Positions 1-12,519 of a stretch of DNA of 64,000 nt are shown one piece after another. The first letter of the stretch is position 1, and each line of letters begins with the position of its first letter. The notes beneath the pieces were generated by a model that did no database searches, had not been told where the DNA came from, and saw only the letters and a program-made list of their open reading frames with translations. Position numbers and translations under genes: made by a program. This DNA comes from Mobula birostris (lineage: Eukaryota), in contig NC_092383.1 of assembly GCF_030028105.1 (NCBI RefSeq), positions 97,797,604-97,861,603 on the forward strand. The letters are read 5' to 3'.

Positions 1-660
1 TTCCTGTATATCGGCTAGACCCAACGCAAACTGGGAGACCGCATCATCAAAGTTCATTTCCTCCGCCTGCCACAAAAAGCGGGATCTCTCGGTGGCTACC
101 CATTTCAATTCTATTTCCCGTTCCCATTCCGACATTGCAGGCCATAGTTCATCTACTGCCATGACGAGGCCACACTCAGGTTGGAGAAGCAACACCTTAT
201 ATTCCGTTTGCCTATTCTCCAGCCTGATGGCATGAACATCGATTTCTCGAAGTTCTGGTTATTACCCCACCCCTTCTCCTGCGCCATTCCCCATCTTGTT
301 TCTCTCTCACGCATTCTCTACTTACGTGCGCATCACCTCCCTTTGGTTCTCCACCACCTTTCCTTTCTTTCATGGTCTTCTATCCTCTTCTACCAGATTC
401 CCCTTTCTCCGGCCCTTTATCTCCAACCAAACAGCTTCCCAGCTCTGTACTTCAAACTCTCCTTCCTCCCGTTTTCAACTATCACCTGCCACCTTGTACT
501 TCTTCCTCCCCTCCCCACCTTCTTATTCTGAGTTCTTCCCCCATCCTTCCCGATCCTGGTGAAGGGTCTCAGCCCGAAACGTCGACTGTATATTCGCACC
601 CATAGAAGCTGCCTCGCCTGCTGAGCTCCTCCAGCGTCTGCTGTACCTCTTGTGTCACAA
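1..660 (+). mobile_element. Penelope-like element (Neptune-type) 3' end: GIY-YIG C-terminus plus pLTR
   Basis: Decayed translation YIG.TQRKLGDRII...DLSVATHFNS...LEKQHLIFRL..LQPDGMNIDFS, a pyrimidine-rich spacer, then the pLTR tail gaagggtctcagcccgaaacgtcgactg...gctgcctcgcctgctgag shared with copies at 18.6, 20.6, 34.8 and 37.8 kb. Confidence 0.8.
551..585 (+). ncRNA. Degenerate minimal hammerhead ribozyme in Penelope pLTR
   Basis: CTGGTGA (core CUGANGA mutated at A6) at 556-562, stem II gggtctcagccc, GAAA 576-579, CGTC, GACTG; stem I 5' arm mutated (cgatc vs cagtc). Confidence 0.6.
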
Positions 661-715
661 GACTTAAAATGCTTCCTGCATTGACAGAGCGGCACGGGTC
701 AAATACCCCAAGAGC

Positions 716-900
716 ATATCTATCTATCTATCTGTCTGTCCATTTATTCATCATTCTACCTTTCCTTTATTTTGATCTTTCTTTTTACCTTTCATTTTGT
801 CTTCCTTCATTTCCCCTCCTTTGACCCATCTCCTTTTCCTTCCTTTGTCTTTCTTCATATTTTTTCATCCATTCATCCTTCTTCCAAATTTTCTATTTCT
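716..900. repeat. (TCTA)n microsatellite followed by pyrimidine-rich low-complexity tract
   Basis: tatctatctatctatctgtctgtc, then a near-pure C/T run. Confidence 0.8.
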
Positions 901-1129
901 TTCTTCGTAAAAGCCTGTAAACAGTCATGAGGTCTAATGACAGCCCCCAGCCCCATCACCGGAGGTCCATGCGAGTCTAATTCTAAAACCCATGATCGGC
1001 GATTCCTGGGATCGATACCCAGAGATTGGCAGTCCGATGACAGAGGCCTGGTGTGTGTGAGTCCGAGAGTCCAAGCCCAAGAGCAAGAGTTCCGGAGGTG
1101 TAGTGGAAAGGGAAGAAATTTATCTAAGA

Positions 1130-3275
1130 TTACAATGAGATCTAGATGACCTGGGGAAATGAGCAAAGGGATGGCAGGTGGAATTTATTTTGGACAGTGT
1201 GAGATATTGCATTTTGGTGAGTACAACTAGGGCAGGCTTACATGGTAAATATACAACAGAGAGACTCAGAGGCACTAGAACTCTCGAAAAGCAGTGATAC
1301 AGCTAGACAGGATGGTGAAGAAAGTGTACGTAATACTTGGCTTCATTGGTCAGAGAATTGAGTACTAGAGTTGGGATGTAATGAGACAATATACGTATGT
1401 ACCTGTCAGAATAAAAGGTAAAAGTAACAGTAACAGTGTAGGGAACCTTGGTTTTCAAGAGATATTGAGGCCCTGGTTAAGGAAAAAGAGGTGTGTAGCA
1501 GGTATAGGCTGGTAGGAACAAATGAGGTGCTTATGGAGTATAAGAAATGCAACTTAAGAAAGAAATCAGGAGGGCTAAAAGAAGGCATGAAGCTGCTCTA
1601 GCAGACAAGGTGACGGAGAATCCTGAGGGATTCTGCAGATACTGTATGCTAGGAATAAAGGGTTTTGCAAGAGCAAAAAATGGTCCTCTGGAAGATCAGA
1701 ATGGTAAACCATGTGTGAAGCCAAAAGACATGCGGGAGATCTTAAATACATTTTTTGCACCCATATTTACTCAGGAGATAGACACAGAGTCTATGGAAGT
1801 GACTCAGAGCAGCTGCAAGACCCTACATAGATTACAGAGAAGGTGTTTGCTGTCCTGAGGCAAATTAGGGTGGAAAAATCCCCAGGGCCAGACTGGGTTT
1901 TCCCTGAGACAGGAGGCAAGTATAGAAATTGCTGGTGCCTTGCAGAGAAGTTTAAATCATCTACAGCGACAGCTGACTTGAACTGGAGGATTGGAGGATA
2001 GCTAATGTTGTTCCACTTTTTAAGAAAGGCTCTAAACATAAATAGGAAATTATAGGCTAGTGAGCCTAAAACTTGTAGTGAGAAGGATATTGAAAGGTAT
2101 TCTAAGAGACTAGATATATAAGTTGGTGGTTAGACATGGACTGATAAAGGACAGTCAGCATGGCTTCATGTGTGACAGGCCGTGTCTGACCATTTTTATA
2201 GATTTTTCCAAGGCACTTACCAGGAAAGTGGGTGAAGGCAAGGCAGTCAATATTGGGCTACATGGACATTAACAAGACATTTGACAAGATCACGCATAGG
2301 AGGTTAGTCAAGTAGGTTCAGTCAGTCAAGATGAAGTAGTAAATTGAATTAGACATCAGCCTTGTGAGAGAAGACAGAGAGTGGTAGCATATGGTCACTC
2401 ATCTGGAGGCCTGTGACAAGTGGTGTGCCGCAGGGATTGGTGCTGGGTCCTTTGTTGTTTGTCATCGGTATCACTGATCTAGGTGATAACGTGGCAAACT
2501 GGATCCACAAATTTGCACATGACATCCAGACTGGGGTTGTGGAGGACAGTGAGGAAGGCTATAATGGGCAGTGGGATCTGGACCAGATGGAAAAATGGTC
2601 TGAAAAATGGCAGATGGAACATAATGCAGGCAAGTGCGAGGTGTTGCACTTCAGCAGGACCAACTGAGGTAGGTCTTGTACAGTGAGACACTGAGAAGTA
2701 CAGAAAAACCAAGGGATCTGGGAATGCAGGTCCATAATTCAAGGAAAGTGGTGTCACAGGTAGATAGGATCGTAAAGAAAGTTTTTGACACATTTGCCTT
2801 CATAAATCAAAGTATTGAGTGCAGAGAACATTTACAAGGTTGTTGCTGCATCTGGAGGACCTAAGTTACAAGGAAAGATTGAATAGATTAGTTTATTCCT
2901 TGGAAAGTAGAAGACTGAGAAGAGATTTGATAGAGGGTTACAAAATTATGTGGGGTATACAGTAAATAGGGTAAATATAAGCAGGCTTTTTTCACTGAGG
3001 TTGGGTGGGACAACAGCCAGAGGTTAAGGATGAAAGGTGAAAAGTTTAAGGGGAATATGAGGGGAAACCTCTTCCCTCAGAGGGTGGTGAGTGTGTGGAA
3101 TGAGGTGCCAGTGCAAGTTGTACATGGGAGCTCAATTTTGATGCTTAAGAGAATTTTGGATAGGTATGTGGATGGTAGGGGTAATGGAGGGCTATGGTCC
3201 CAGTGCAGGTCGTTGTGAGAAGGCACAGACTAGATGGGGCAAAGGGCCTGTTTCTGTGTAGTTTTCTATAACTCT
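1130..3275 (+). mobile_element. Decayed CR1-clade LINE fragments (ORF2/RT to 3' tail)
   Basis: KKEIRRAKRRHE...ENP, KSPGPD, ANVVPLFKKG, TSGVPQGLVLGPLLF, FAHD-like motif, RGHxxK...GNLFPQRVVSVWN and gggcctgtttctgtg tail; many stops and frameshifts. Confidence 0.85.
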
Positions 3276-3276
3276 A

Positions 3277-5595
3277 ACTGCACAAGGCATTGGTAAGACC
3301 ACTCTTGGAGTATTGTGCACAGTTATGATTGCCCAGCTATTGGAAGGATGTCATTAAGGTGGAAAGTATGCGGAAAAGATTCACAATGATTTTTTCAGGC
3401 CTGGAGGGCTTGAGTTGTAAAGAAAGGCTATATCTCTTTTCCCTGGAGTATAGGAGGTGGAGGGATGACTTTAATTAGGTATGTAAAGGCATTAATGATG
3501 TAGATAACATGGATGGTCTCAGATTTTTTTCTGGGGATTGGTATTTTAAAACTACAGGGCACAGGTTTAAAGAGGGAGGATTTAAAAGGGACTCCAAGAG
3601 CAACTTTTGTGGGTAAATGGAATGAGCTGCTTGAAGAAGCTGTGGAGGTGGGTACAATTGTGATGTTCAACAGATAATTATACAAATACATAAATCAGAA
3701 AAAAAACAGAGGAATATGGGCCATTGAGGGTGAAGGAACCATGACTGACAAGAGATATGAAACATCTAGTCAAGAGGAAGGAAAAGAGCTGACTTAAGAT
3801 GTAGGAAGCAATGATCAGTCAGGGCTCTGGTTAGTTACAAGGTATCCAGGAAGAAGCTGAAGAATGCACTTGGGAGAACTGGAGTAGGGAAGGGCAGGAG
3901 AAGGCTTGGTGAGTAGGATTAAGAAAAACACCAAGTTCTACTTCTGTATAAAAGAACAGAGCGATGGCTAAAGCGAAGATAGGATCGACAATGGATAAAA
4001 CAGTAATGTGCCTGCTGTCATAGGAGGTCTTTCATTCTTAATTTCAGTTTCACCAGTAAGAGAGTCCTTGACGAATATGATATCAGCATAGAACAGACTG
4101 ATATTTTGGAACATGTTGACATTAAAAAAGAGGACGTGGAACTTCTGGAAATATTAGGATAAGTAAGTCCCTTGGTCTGGATGGGATATACCCCGGGTTA
4201 TTATGAGAGCTCGGTGAAAGATTGCTGCACATTTGGCAGTGATCTGTGCATCCTCACTGGCCACAGTAGTAATACCAGTTAATTGGAGAGTGGCAAGTGT
4301 TATTCCTTTTTTCAAGGAAGGGAGTAACCCTGGGAATTATAGAGCAGTGAGACTTAATAAGTCTTACTTCAGTAGTGGGCAGATAATTGGAGAAGATTCT
4401 TAGAAATGGGATATAGAAGTATTTGGAGAAGCAGAGTCTGGTTAGGGATAGTCAGCATGGCTTTGTGATGGGCAGTCCATGCCTCGAGCCTAATTGAGAT
4501 CTTTGAAGATGTGACAAACCACATTGATGAAGATAGGGCAGTGGATTTAGTGTATATAGATTTTAATAAGGTGTTTGATAAGGTACACTGAGGCAGGCTT
4601 ATTCAGAAAGTCAGGAAGTATGGGATCCAGGGAAACTTGGCTGTGTGGATTCAAAATTGGCTTGCACATAGAAGGCAGAGTGTGTTTGTAGACTGAGCAT
4701 ATTCTGCCTGGAGGCTGGTGATTAGTTCTGGGAGCCTTACTCTTAGAGATTTGAATAAATGACTTGGATGAGGAAGTGGAAAGGGGGGTTAGTAAGTTTG
4801 CCGATGACATGGAGATTGGTAGTGTTCTGCATAGTGTAGAAGGTCATTGTAGGTTACAACAAGACATTAACAGGATGTGGAGCGAGGCTGAGAAGTGGCA
4901 GATAGAGTCCAAACCAGAAAAGTGTGAAGTGATTCATTTTGAAGGTCAAATTTGAAGGCAGATTACGAGTTAACAATAGGATTCTCAGCAGCAAAGGAAA
5001 CAGAGAGATCTTGTGATCCACCTCCCCACATTCCTCAGTTGCTGCATAAGGTGAGATTTGTCTGGGGGGTGGGGGGAGCATTAAACTCATGTGCCGCAAG
5101 GTAATGTTGCAGCTCTATAAGACTCTGATGTAGATTCAAAAGGAGTGTTATGTTCACTTCTGGAAGGGTGTGGAAGCTTTAGAGAGAGAGTGCAGAGGAG
5201 ATGTACCAGGATGCTGCCTGGATTAGAGGGTATGAGGATAGGTTCACCAAGCTGGGATTTTCACTTTGGAGTAAAGGAAGTAAGGAGGTGACTTGATAGT
5301 GGTGTATTAGATGATAAGAGTCAGATCAAAAGTGGAATTGGCAAAAACCAGGGAACATCATTTTAAGGTGTTGGGAAGAAAGTACAGGGTGGATATCAGA
5401 GAGAGTGATGGGTGCATGTGGTGGGGACAGAGCCAGATGCATTGGGGACATTTGAAGAACTGTTGCAGAGACACATGGATGACAGAAAATGGAGGGCTAT
5501 GCAGGAGGGAAATGTTAAGTTGATCACACAGTAGGTTAAAAGGTCGGCTGAATTTTGTGGGCTAAGGGGCCTGCACCGTGCTGTACTGTTCTATG
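3277..5595 (+). mobile_element. Further decayed CR1 LINE fragments
   Basis: LVRPLLEYCAQ-like 3' fragment (3277-3730), then RT region with SQHGF, SKFADD (4764-4955 ORF) and a CR1 tail ending ...gggcctgcaccgtgctgtactgttctatg. Confidence 0.8.
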
Positions 5596-5599
5596 TGAA

Positions 5600-5950
5600 C
5601 ACCGAGAAATGAACACAGAAGACACCCAAAAATGGGCACAGGTGTGGCACAGCAGTTTTTGGGACTACCTGGTGAAGGAAGCCATTGGAATAAAATGCAA
5701 GGAAAAGAACTTTGACAAAGACTAAGGTCTCGCTCCAAGTAAGAACTGGAATTTGATTGTAAACGAGGTGGGACAGTGGAAACCTGATTAGATAAAGACT
5801 AAGCAATCAGTAGTAATGGACAACAGGTATAAATACCATGGACTAGACATGCCCAGGCATCATCCCTGATGAAGATGGCAGAGTTTGTCATCGAAACGTC
5901 GGTTAAGATTGATACCTGTTCCCAGCTGGAAGCCTGAGAAAAGTTTTTTT
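5600..5950 (+). mobile_element. Penelope-like element, second family (Poseidon-type) endonuclease C-terminus plus pLTR
   Basis: Decayed FWDxLVKEAIxIK...KNFDKD.GLA.SKNWNLIV, then CCAAT-like boxes, TATAAATA at 5828-5835 and a hammerhead; paralogous copies at 20870-21180 (-) and 21190-21420 (+). Confidence 0.7.
5862..5904 (+). ncRNA. Minimal type I hammerhead ribozyme (second family)
   Basis: CTGATGA 5866-5872, extra A, stem II GATGGCA/TGTCATC, GAAA 5893-5896, CGTC 5897-5900, stem I ATCC/GGTT with one mismatch. Confidence 0.7.
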
Positions 5951-5954
5951 GGAG

Positions 5955-6140
5955 AATGATGTTCATCACATCAAGCTGTAGACTATCTGGGAAGTATATA
6001 AGGTATTTGGCCTCACCTTAGTAGTTGACAAGGCCAAGGATGGACTGATCTGTGTCGGAATAGGAAGAGGAATTGAAATGATATGCAATGAGAATCTCGG
6101 GATGGCCATTGCGGACAGAACGTAGGTGCTCACCAAACCG
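5955..6140 (-). mobile_element. Neptune-type Penelope GIY-YIG C-terminal fragment
   Basis: Reverse-complement similarity to 1-240 and 37320-37526 (gaacgtaggtgctca...; HLRSVR..HPEI..AYHFNS-like). Confidence 0.6.
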
Positions 6141-6403
6141 GCCAGCTCATCTCCCCGCACTAACCTCTGCTTCCAGTGTTCCCTCCATCACACTCGCATT
6201 CTCTTTCTCTTGCGCCTCGTTCCACTTCTCTTTCTTTTATGGCCTCTTTCTCTCTCTTGCTCTTCTCTGTTTCTCACTCTGTTCCTTCCTTATATGCTCT
6301 CTGTCTCCCTTTTGTTATTTTTCAACACACGCCCACCTCACATTTGGACTTTCCTCTCTTTCTCACTCTCTCTGTGTCTTCCCTTCTCTCCCTCCCCATT
6401 TCC

Positions 6404-6990
6404 ATAGAAACCATAGAAAAACCATAGCACAGAAACAGGCCTTTTGGCCCTTCTTGGCTGTGCCGAACCATTTTCTGCCTAGTCCCACTGACCTGCACAC
6501 GGACCATATCCCTCCATACACCTCCCATCCATGTATCTATCCAATTTATTCTTAAATGTTAAAAAAGAACCCACATTTATCACCTCGTCTGGCAGCTCAT
6601 TCCATACTCCCACCACTCTCTGTGTGAAGAAGCCCCCACTAATGTTCCCTTTAAACTTTTCCCCCCTCACCCTTAACCCATGTCCTCTGGTTTTTTTCTC
6701 CCCTTACCTCAGTGGAAAAAGCCTGCTTGCATTCACTCTATCTATACCCATCATAATTTTATATACCCCTATCAAATCTCCCCTCATTCTTCTATGCTCC
6801 AGGGAATAAAGTCCTAACCTTTTCAACCTTTCTCTGTAACTGAGTTTCTCAAGTCCCGGCAACATCCTTGTAAACCTTCTCTGCACTCTTTCAACCTTAT
6901 TTATATCCTTCCTGTAATTTGGTGACCAAAAGTGAACACAATACTCCAGATTCGGCCTCACCAATGCCTTATACAACTTCATCAACCTCA
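6404..6990 (-). mobile_element. CR1 LINE 3' fragment, well preserved
   Basis: ORF 6704-6994 LYKALVRPNLEYCVHFWSP...RGDLI; 6479-6670 GGFFTQRVVGVWNELP; (ttctatgg)n-type tail at 6404-6430. Confidence 0.9.
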
Positions 6991-7399
6991 TCATAACATT
7001 TCCTCTCTGGTAATACCCCTGTTTGCCCCAGAACCTATCAGGGTGGGTAAATTCATGACCAGTTGGCAGCTTAGCTCATGGTTTTCACTGAAGTTTTCGG
7101 ACAATGAGTTGCACTACACATGATAAAAGCCATTTTGAAAATTTCCCATGGTTTCCACCGCTAGCTGCCTGAGATTTCTGGTCAACACACAGTCAGACCA
7201 CAAGTGACCTCTGGGGATCTGTGTTTGATCCTGATACAGGTACTGTTTTGCAAGTACTCCCTGTAACCTGTGATACTCTGGATTCTTTCCACATCCCAAA
7301 GACACTCTGCTGGGTTTATTGTCCACTGAATTTGTGCCAAGTGTTGTGTGCAGCGACGGAAGTGTAGAGGGAGATCAGGAGAGAGGAAAGGCAGGTGGA

Positions 7400-7870
7400 A
7401 GTGAGCAGGACAATGGAGACACAAGAGACTACAGATACTGAATTAGGAGAAAAGCTACAAGTGTAGAGGGAGGGGAGATAGCCAGCAGAGATGAGGGAGG
7501 AGCTGGTGGACCAGCTGAGATGGGAGGGCGGTGATGGGCAGGTGGAGCATGGAGTGAGCAGTGAGATGTTGAGACAGATGTTGCTGGGTGGTAAGTGGAA
7601 CTTAAGGAGAGGGAGGACAGTAGAGGGTGGTGGATGGGGCTGTGTGAGGTGGGAGTGAATGTCCACTTCACCTGGACAGAATGTGCCAGATGTAGTGGGG
7701 TGTAGGGGCAGGTGTTACACCTCTTATATGGGAGTGTGCTGGGGCACCTGGACTGAACAAATGTTTGGAGAAGGACGAGCAGACCAGACAGTCACAGAAA
7801 GAGTGATCACTGCAGAAAACAGGAAGGGCTGAGGAAGGGAAGGTGTAGCTGATGGTGGAACAGTGGAAAC
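7400..7870 (-). mobile_element. Decayed Neptune-type Penelope fragment
   Basis: Minus-strand similarity to the HIFPSPP..AF.RD.SLRD.LV region and to the pLTR tail (agtctcttgtgtctc). Confidence 0.5.
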
Positions 7871-8798
7871 ACTCTCCCTGGGCCAGGGACCTCCTTCATC
7901 CCACCCATTGTTTATTTTTTTCAATTTACATCGGTTGCCATTCCCTGGGAGTCATGTACTGTTAACCTGTTGTGATCTAGAATGTTGTGGGAGGGGATCA
8001 TGTCTGAACGTGTACATATTTAAAAGTCCCCCTGATGTTGTGCCTGGGAAATTTTAATTGAGGCTGACAGAGAAAGATCTCTGTGTCCATGTGACCCCAG
8101 TGTTTCCCAAGGAGCTAACACGATTTCGGTTCCAAACCTTCGTATCCATCAAAGATTCTCTGCTGACTGAGGAAGATTTTACACCCAGTTAGTAAATTTC
8201 TCAGAAGTTTACATTGTTTGGAGAGGAACAATGAACTATAATTGGAATATCTAATTCCCTGCCCCACTTTGAGTGAGATCGGCTCTTCTCTCTGAGTCAG
8301 TCCCTTGGAAAAGTGGGGATGGTGAAGATGTCGGTATATACAGCACGGGACAGTGGAGAAGGTGAAGGGATTGGTGTACACAGCACGGGACAGTGGGAGT
8401 AATGGCATGTTACGTACCTTGCAGCCACAGTGTTACGAACAGATTGTCTTTCATCTCAATACTGGATCAACCTCGACAGCTGAGATTGCAGAAAGGAGGA
8501 AGTTTGTTCAGGAACAGCCCAAAAGAGGATGTGGTGGAGGTCCAAGAGAGCAGGATGTGGTTAACCTCCTCTTGCTCCAGCAGACAGGGAGGAGACCAGC
8601 CACAGGCATCAATTGACATATGTATCATATTCCATTCCAGGATCTTTATTCTCCAGAGCTTCATTCCTGTTCTCAGATACTGTCCCTGTGGATTCCCCTG
8701 GAGCATCAATTTCCTCTCACATCCCAAAGATTTGCTTGGAGATTAACTGTCTGCTTATATTTCCAACAGTTTAGCAAGGTGTTTGTGGATAATGGAAT

Positions 8799-11700
8799 AA
8801 GATGGTGCCGGTAACTGGCGACTTTGCGCGTACTCTCCCGAGCAAACTGCCCTCTCCACTATCTTATACCCTAGAAACCCTTCTAAACCTCCAATCTAGC
8901 AAGATCGAGATCAACAACACCCCGGCGAAGCTATTGACCCAGCTGGAGACCACCGCACCAGAATTGCTTCTTAAACACCGGACCGCACCAGGACCCAACC
9001 AGCGAGGCCCACCACGTTCCCGGAGACCCGCGGTCTGCTACCGTGCCGGAGCGCTTGGAGACACGGCCCATTCCGACCAGCACCTCTCCGGAGCAGACGA
9101 CCACACAGAAGTGACGGCGGAGACCTCAAGGTGACCCAGACACTTCCCCGGAGTGACCACCATAAAGCCCCGTTGGTGGCCATCCACAGCTGCCGGAAGT
9201 GAGGCCTCCGCTGCCGACGTCGGAAATTGAGCCCGAGGCTCGGCTGGAGCGGAGGCCTCCGCAACCGTGACTCGGTTTACAGACTTGTTTCAGCCAGGAG
9301 CCCGGCCCTCCGGGATTAAGTGTCGGCTTCGGGGCCCGACCCAATTGACAGCCCGGGCCCCCGGCAGCGGAGCTCCCCCCCCCCACCCACGTCACTCGGC
9401 CCGACCCGGAGTGCCCAACGATGTGACTTGCCGATCGATCCCCGCGGGACGCGTCCACCAACCTCAAAGAGCTGACAACAACACACTGCATCGATGGAAA
9501 CCTGGAAAGATGCACTACTTACCGAGGAAGTGTGGGAAAAGAGCTGGGCTGCTGGTCAGATTGAAGCTGAGGGGCTTCAGGGTCCCTGTGCCCACTATCC
9601 TACTAGCTAATGTGAAAGCCATAGAGAACAAGGTGGATGATCTTAAGGGAGACTCACCTACTGCAGGGAAATGCAGAACTGCTGTGTATTCTGTTTCACT
9701 GAGACCTGGCTCTCCCCTACCACCCCCGACTGTGCCATCTGACCGGAGGGATTTTCGATCCATCGGATGGACCGCACGGCGTCTTCGGGCAAGACAAGGG
9801 GAGGTGGTGTCTGCCTACTGATCAACACTGCGTGGTGCTCGGACACAGTGGCACTGACAAGCTCCTGCAGCCCGGACCTGGAACACCTGTCGGTGAAGTG
9901 TCGTCCCTACTATCTGCCACAGGAATTCACCTCGGTCATACTGACAGCAGTCCACATTCCCCCCCATGCAGACGTGGAGTGTGCTTGGAACATACTGTAT
10001 GCCAACATCAGTGAACTTGAGACCAGGTATCTGGAGGCTTTACTCATTACAGCCAGGGAATTTAACCAGGCCAACCTCAGAAAGGAACTGTCAAAGTTAT
10101 ACCAACATGTCTCCTGCCCCACTGGAGGCCCGAATATACTTGACCACTGCTACACAGCAGTCAAGGATGCCTACCGTTCCGTCCCACGACCTCACTTCGG
10201 AAAATCGGACCATCAGGCCGTACTCGTCCTTCCGGCTGACAAACAGAAACTGAAGCGGGAGGTCACAGTGTCAAAAGTAGTGTCGTGTTGGACGGAGGAA
10301 ATGGATGAGGTCCTCCGTGACTGCTTTGAATCGGTGGACTGGTTAGTATTCAAGGACTCGGCAGCTAACCTCGATGAGTATGCCTCAGCTGTCACGGAAA
10401 TCATTAGGAAATGCACAGAGGACTGTGTGTCTCGCAAGATGATCCGGGTATTCCCCAACCGGAAACCTTGGATGAATTAAGAGGTAAAGTCCCTTTTAAA
10501 GGCTAGAGCTGCAACTTTTAGGTCCGGGGATAGCAGTCGCGACACGGAATCCAGGCGTGAACTCCGGAAAGCCATTAAGGGCACCAAGAGGCAATATCGA
10601 GTCAAGTTGGAAGCCCAGGCTAATCAGAGGGATACCAGTAGATTAAGGCAGGGTCTAAATGAGATCACTGGGTGAAAGAAAAGGCTGGGAATATCAATAA
10701 CTGTGGCGCTTCTCTTCCTGACGAACTTAATGTATTCTACGCAAGATTCAAACAGAAGAGGAGCATCCCGCTCCCTCCGGATGAACCGGACCTGGTGGCA
10801 TCGAGATTCATCATCACCGAGGAGGACGTTAGAAGGGCCTTCCTGAAGATAAATACAAGGAAGGCGACAGGCCCAGATGGCGTCCCAGGACGGGTTCTCC
10901 GGGCCTGTGCAAGCGAGCTAGCTGGAGTGTTTGCTGACATCTTCAACTGCTCCTTGCTTCAGTCTAAGATCCCCTCGTGTTTTAAGAAGGCAACGATAAT
11001 CCCAGTGCCGAAGAAGAGCAAGGCGGCATGCCTGAATGACTATCGACCTGTGGCTCTGACATCAATTGCTATGAAGTGCTTCGAGAGATTGGTTATGGCA
11101 CACATCAACCACAGCCTACTGGTCAACCTCGACGCTTTGCAATTCGCCTATCGGAGCAACAGGTCAACAGCAGATGCCATCTCTCTGGCCCTACATTCCT
11201 CCTTAGAACACCTGGAGAATAAAGACACATACATAAGGCTCCTTTTTGTTGACTACAGCTCTGCCTTTAATACCATCATTCCAAATAAACTGATTCCTAA
11301 ACTCCGGAACCTGGGCCTTAGCACTCAGATCTGCTGCTGGATCTTCAACTTCCTCACAGACAGGATCCAGGCTGTAAAAATAGGGGACAAGCTCTCCTCT
11401 ACAATCACTCTGAGCACCGGTGCCCCAAAAGACTGTGTACTCAGCCCCCTGCTGTACTCACTGTACACCCATGATTGTGTAGCCAAGTTTCCATCAAACT
11501 CAATATATAAGTTTGCTGATGACACAACAATTGTAGGTTATATCTCAGGTAGTGATGAGTTTGAGTACAGAGAGGAAATTAAGAACCTGGTGGCATGGTG
11601 CGAAGACAATAACCTATCCCTCAATGTCAGCAGGACAAAGGAATTAGTTGTTGACTTCAGAAGGAGTAGCAGACCGTGCGACTCAATTTACATTGGTGGT

Positions 11701-12440
11701 GCACAAGTGGAACAGGTCAAAAGCTTTAAGTTCCTCAGGGTCAATATCACAAATGACCTGACTTGGTCCAACCAAGCAGAGTTCACTGCCCAGAAGGCCC
11801 ACCAGCACCTTTACTTCCTGAGGAAACTAAAGAAATTTGGCCTGTCCCCTAAAGCCCTCACTAATTTTTATAGGTACACCGTAGAAAGCATTCTTCTCGG
11901 GTGCATCACAACCTGGTATGGAAGTTGTCCTGTCCAAGACCAAAAGAAGCTGCAGAAGATCGTGAACACGGTGCAGCACATCACGCAAACCAAACTTCCA
12001 TCCTTGGACTCACTTTACACCGCACGCTGTCAAAGCAGTGCTGCTAAGATAATCAAGGACACAACCCACCCAGCCAACACACTTTTCATCCCTCTTCCCT
12101 CCGGGGGAAGGCTCAGGAGCTTGAAGATTCATACGGCCAGATTTGGGAACAGCTTCTTTCCAACTGTGATAAGACTGCTGAACAGATCCTGACCCGGATC
12201 TGGGCCGTACCCTCCAAATATCCGGACCTGTCTCTCGGTTTTTTTGCACTACCTTACTTCCCATTTTTCCATTTTCTATTTATGATTTACAATTTAAATT
12301 TTTAATATTTACTAATTGTTACTATTTTTAATATTTAATATTTGTAATCCAGGGAACGGGAAGCGCAGAATCAAATATCGCTGTGATGATTGTACATTCT
12401 AGTATCAATTGTTTGGCGACAATAAAGTATAAGTATAATG
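8799..12440 (+). mobile_element. Near full-length Rex1/Babar-clade non-LTR retrotransposon (APE endonuclease + RT), inactivated
   Basis: 5' AAGATGG start, CpG-rich leader, RKCGKRAGLLVRL...PTILLANV, APE motifs (GGGVC, GNFN-like, ILDHCY, GKSDH), 506-aa RT ORF 10672-12192 (GPDG, YRPVALTS, QFAY, DYSSAFNT, PQ-like, FADD), 3' UTR with AATAAA and (aagtat)n tail. Lesions: frameshift ~9645, stop 10478, frameshift ~10670. Possible 10-bp TSD ataatggaat 8789-8798 / ataatgtaat 12435-12444. Confidence 0.92.
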
Positions 12441-12519
12441 TAATGATGGGAAGGTGAAGCTCGGCACAGACTCAATGGGGTGCATGGCCTGTTTCTCACT
12501 GTGTAACTATAGGTAGCGT

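Noticed and set aside
8600-8712. Minus-strand peptide EEIDAPGESTGTVSENRNEALENKDPGMEYDTYVN*, resembling a receptor tail with a YxN motif
   Set aside because: In-frame stop immediately upstream and no convincing splice acceptor; the nearby DGYEGL reading (~8125-8160) ends at a separate stop
10672-12192. Active or domesticated reverse transcriptase gene (506-aa ORF)
   Set aside because: Part of a Rex1/Babar copy whose upstream frame is broken by at least two frameshifts and a stop
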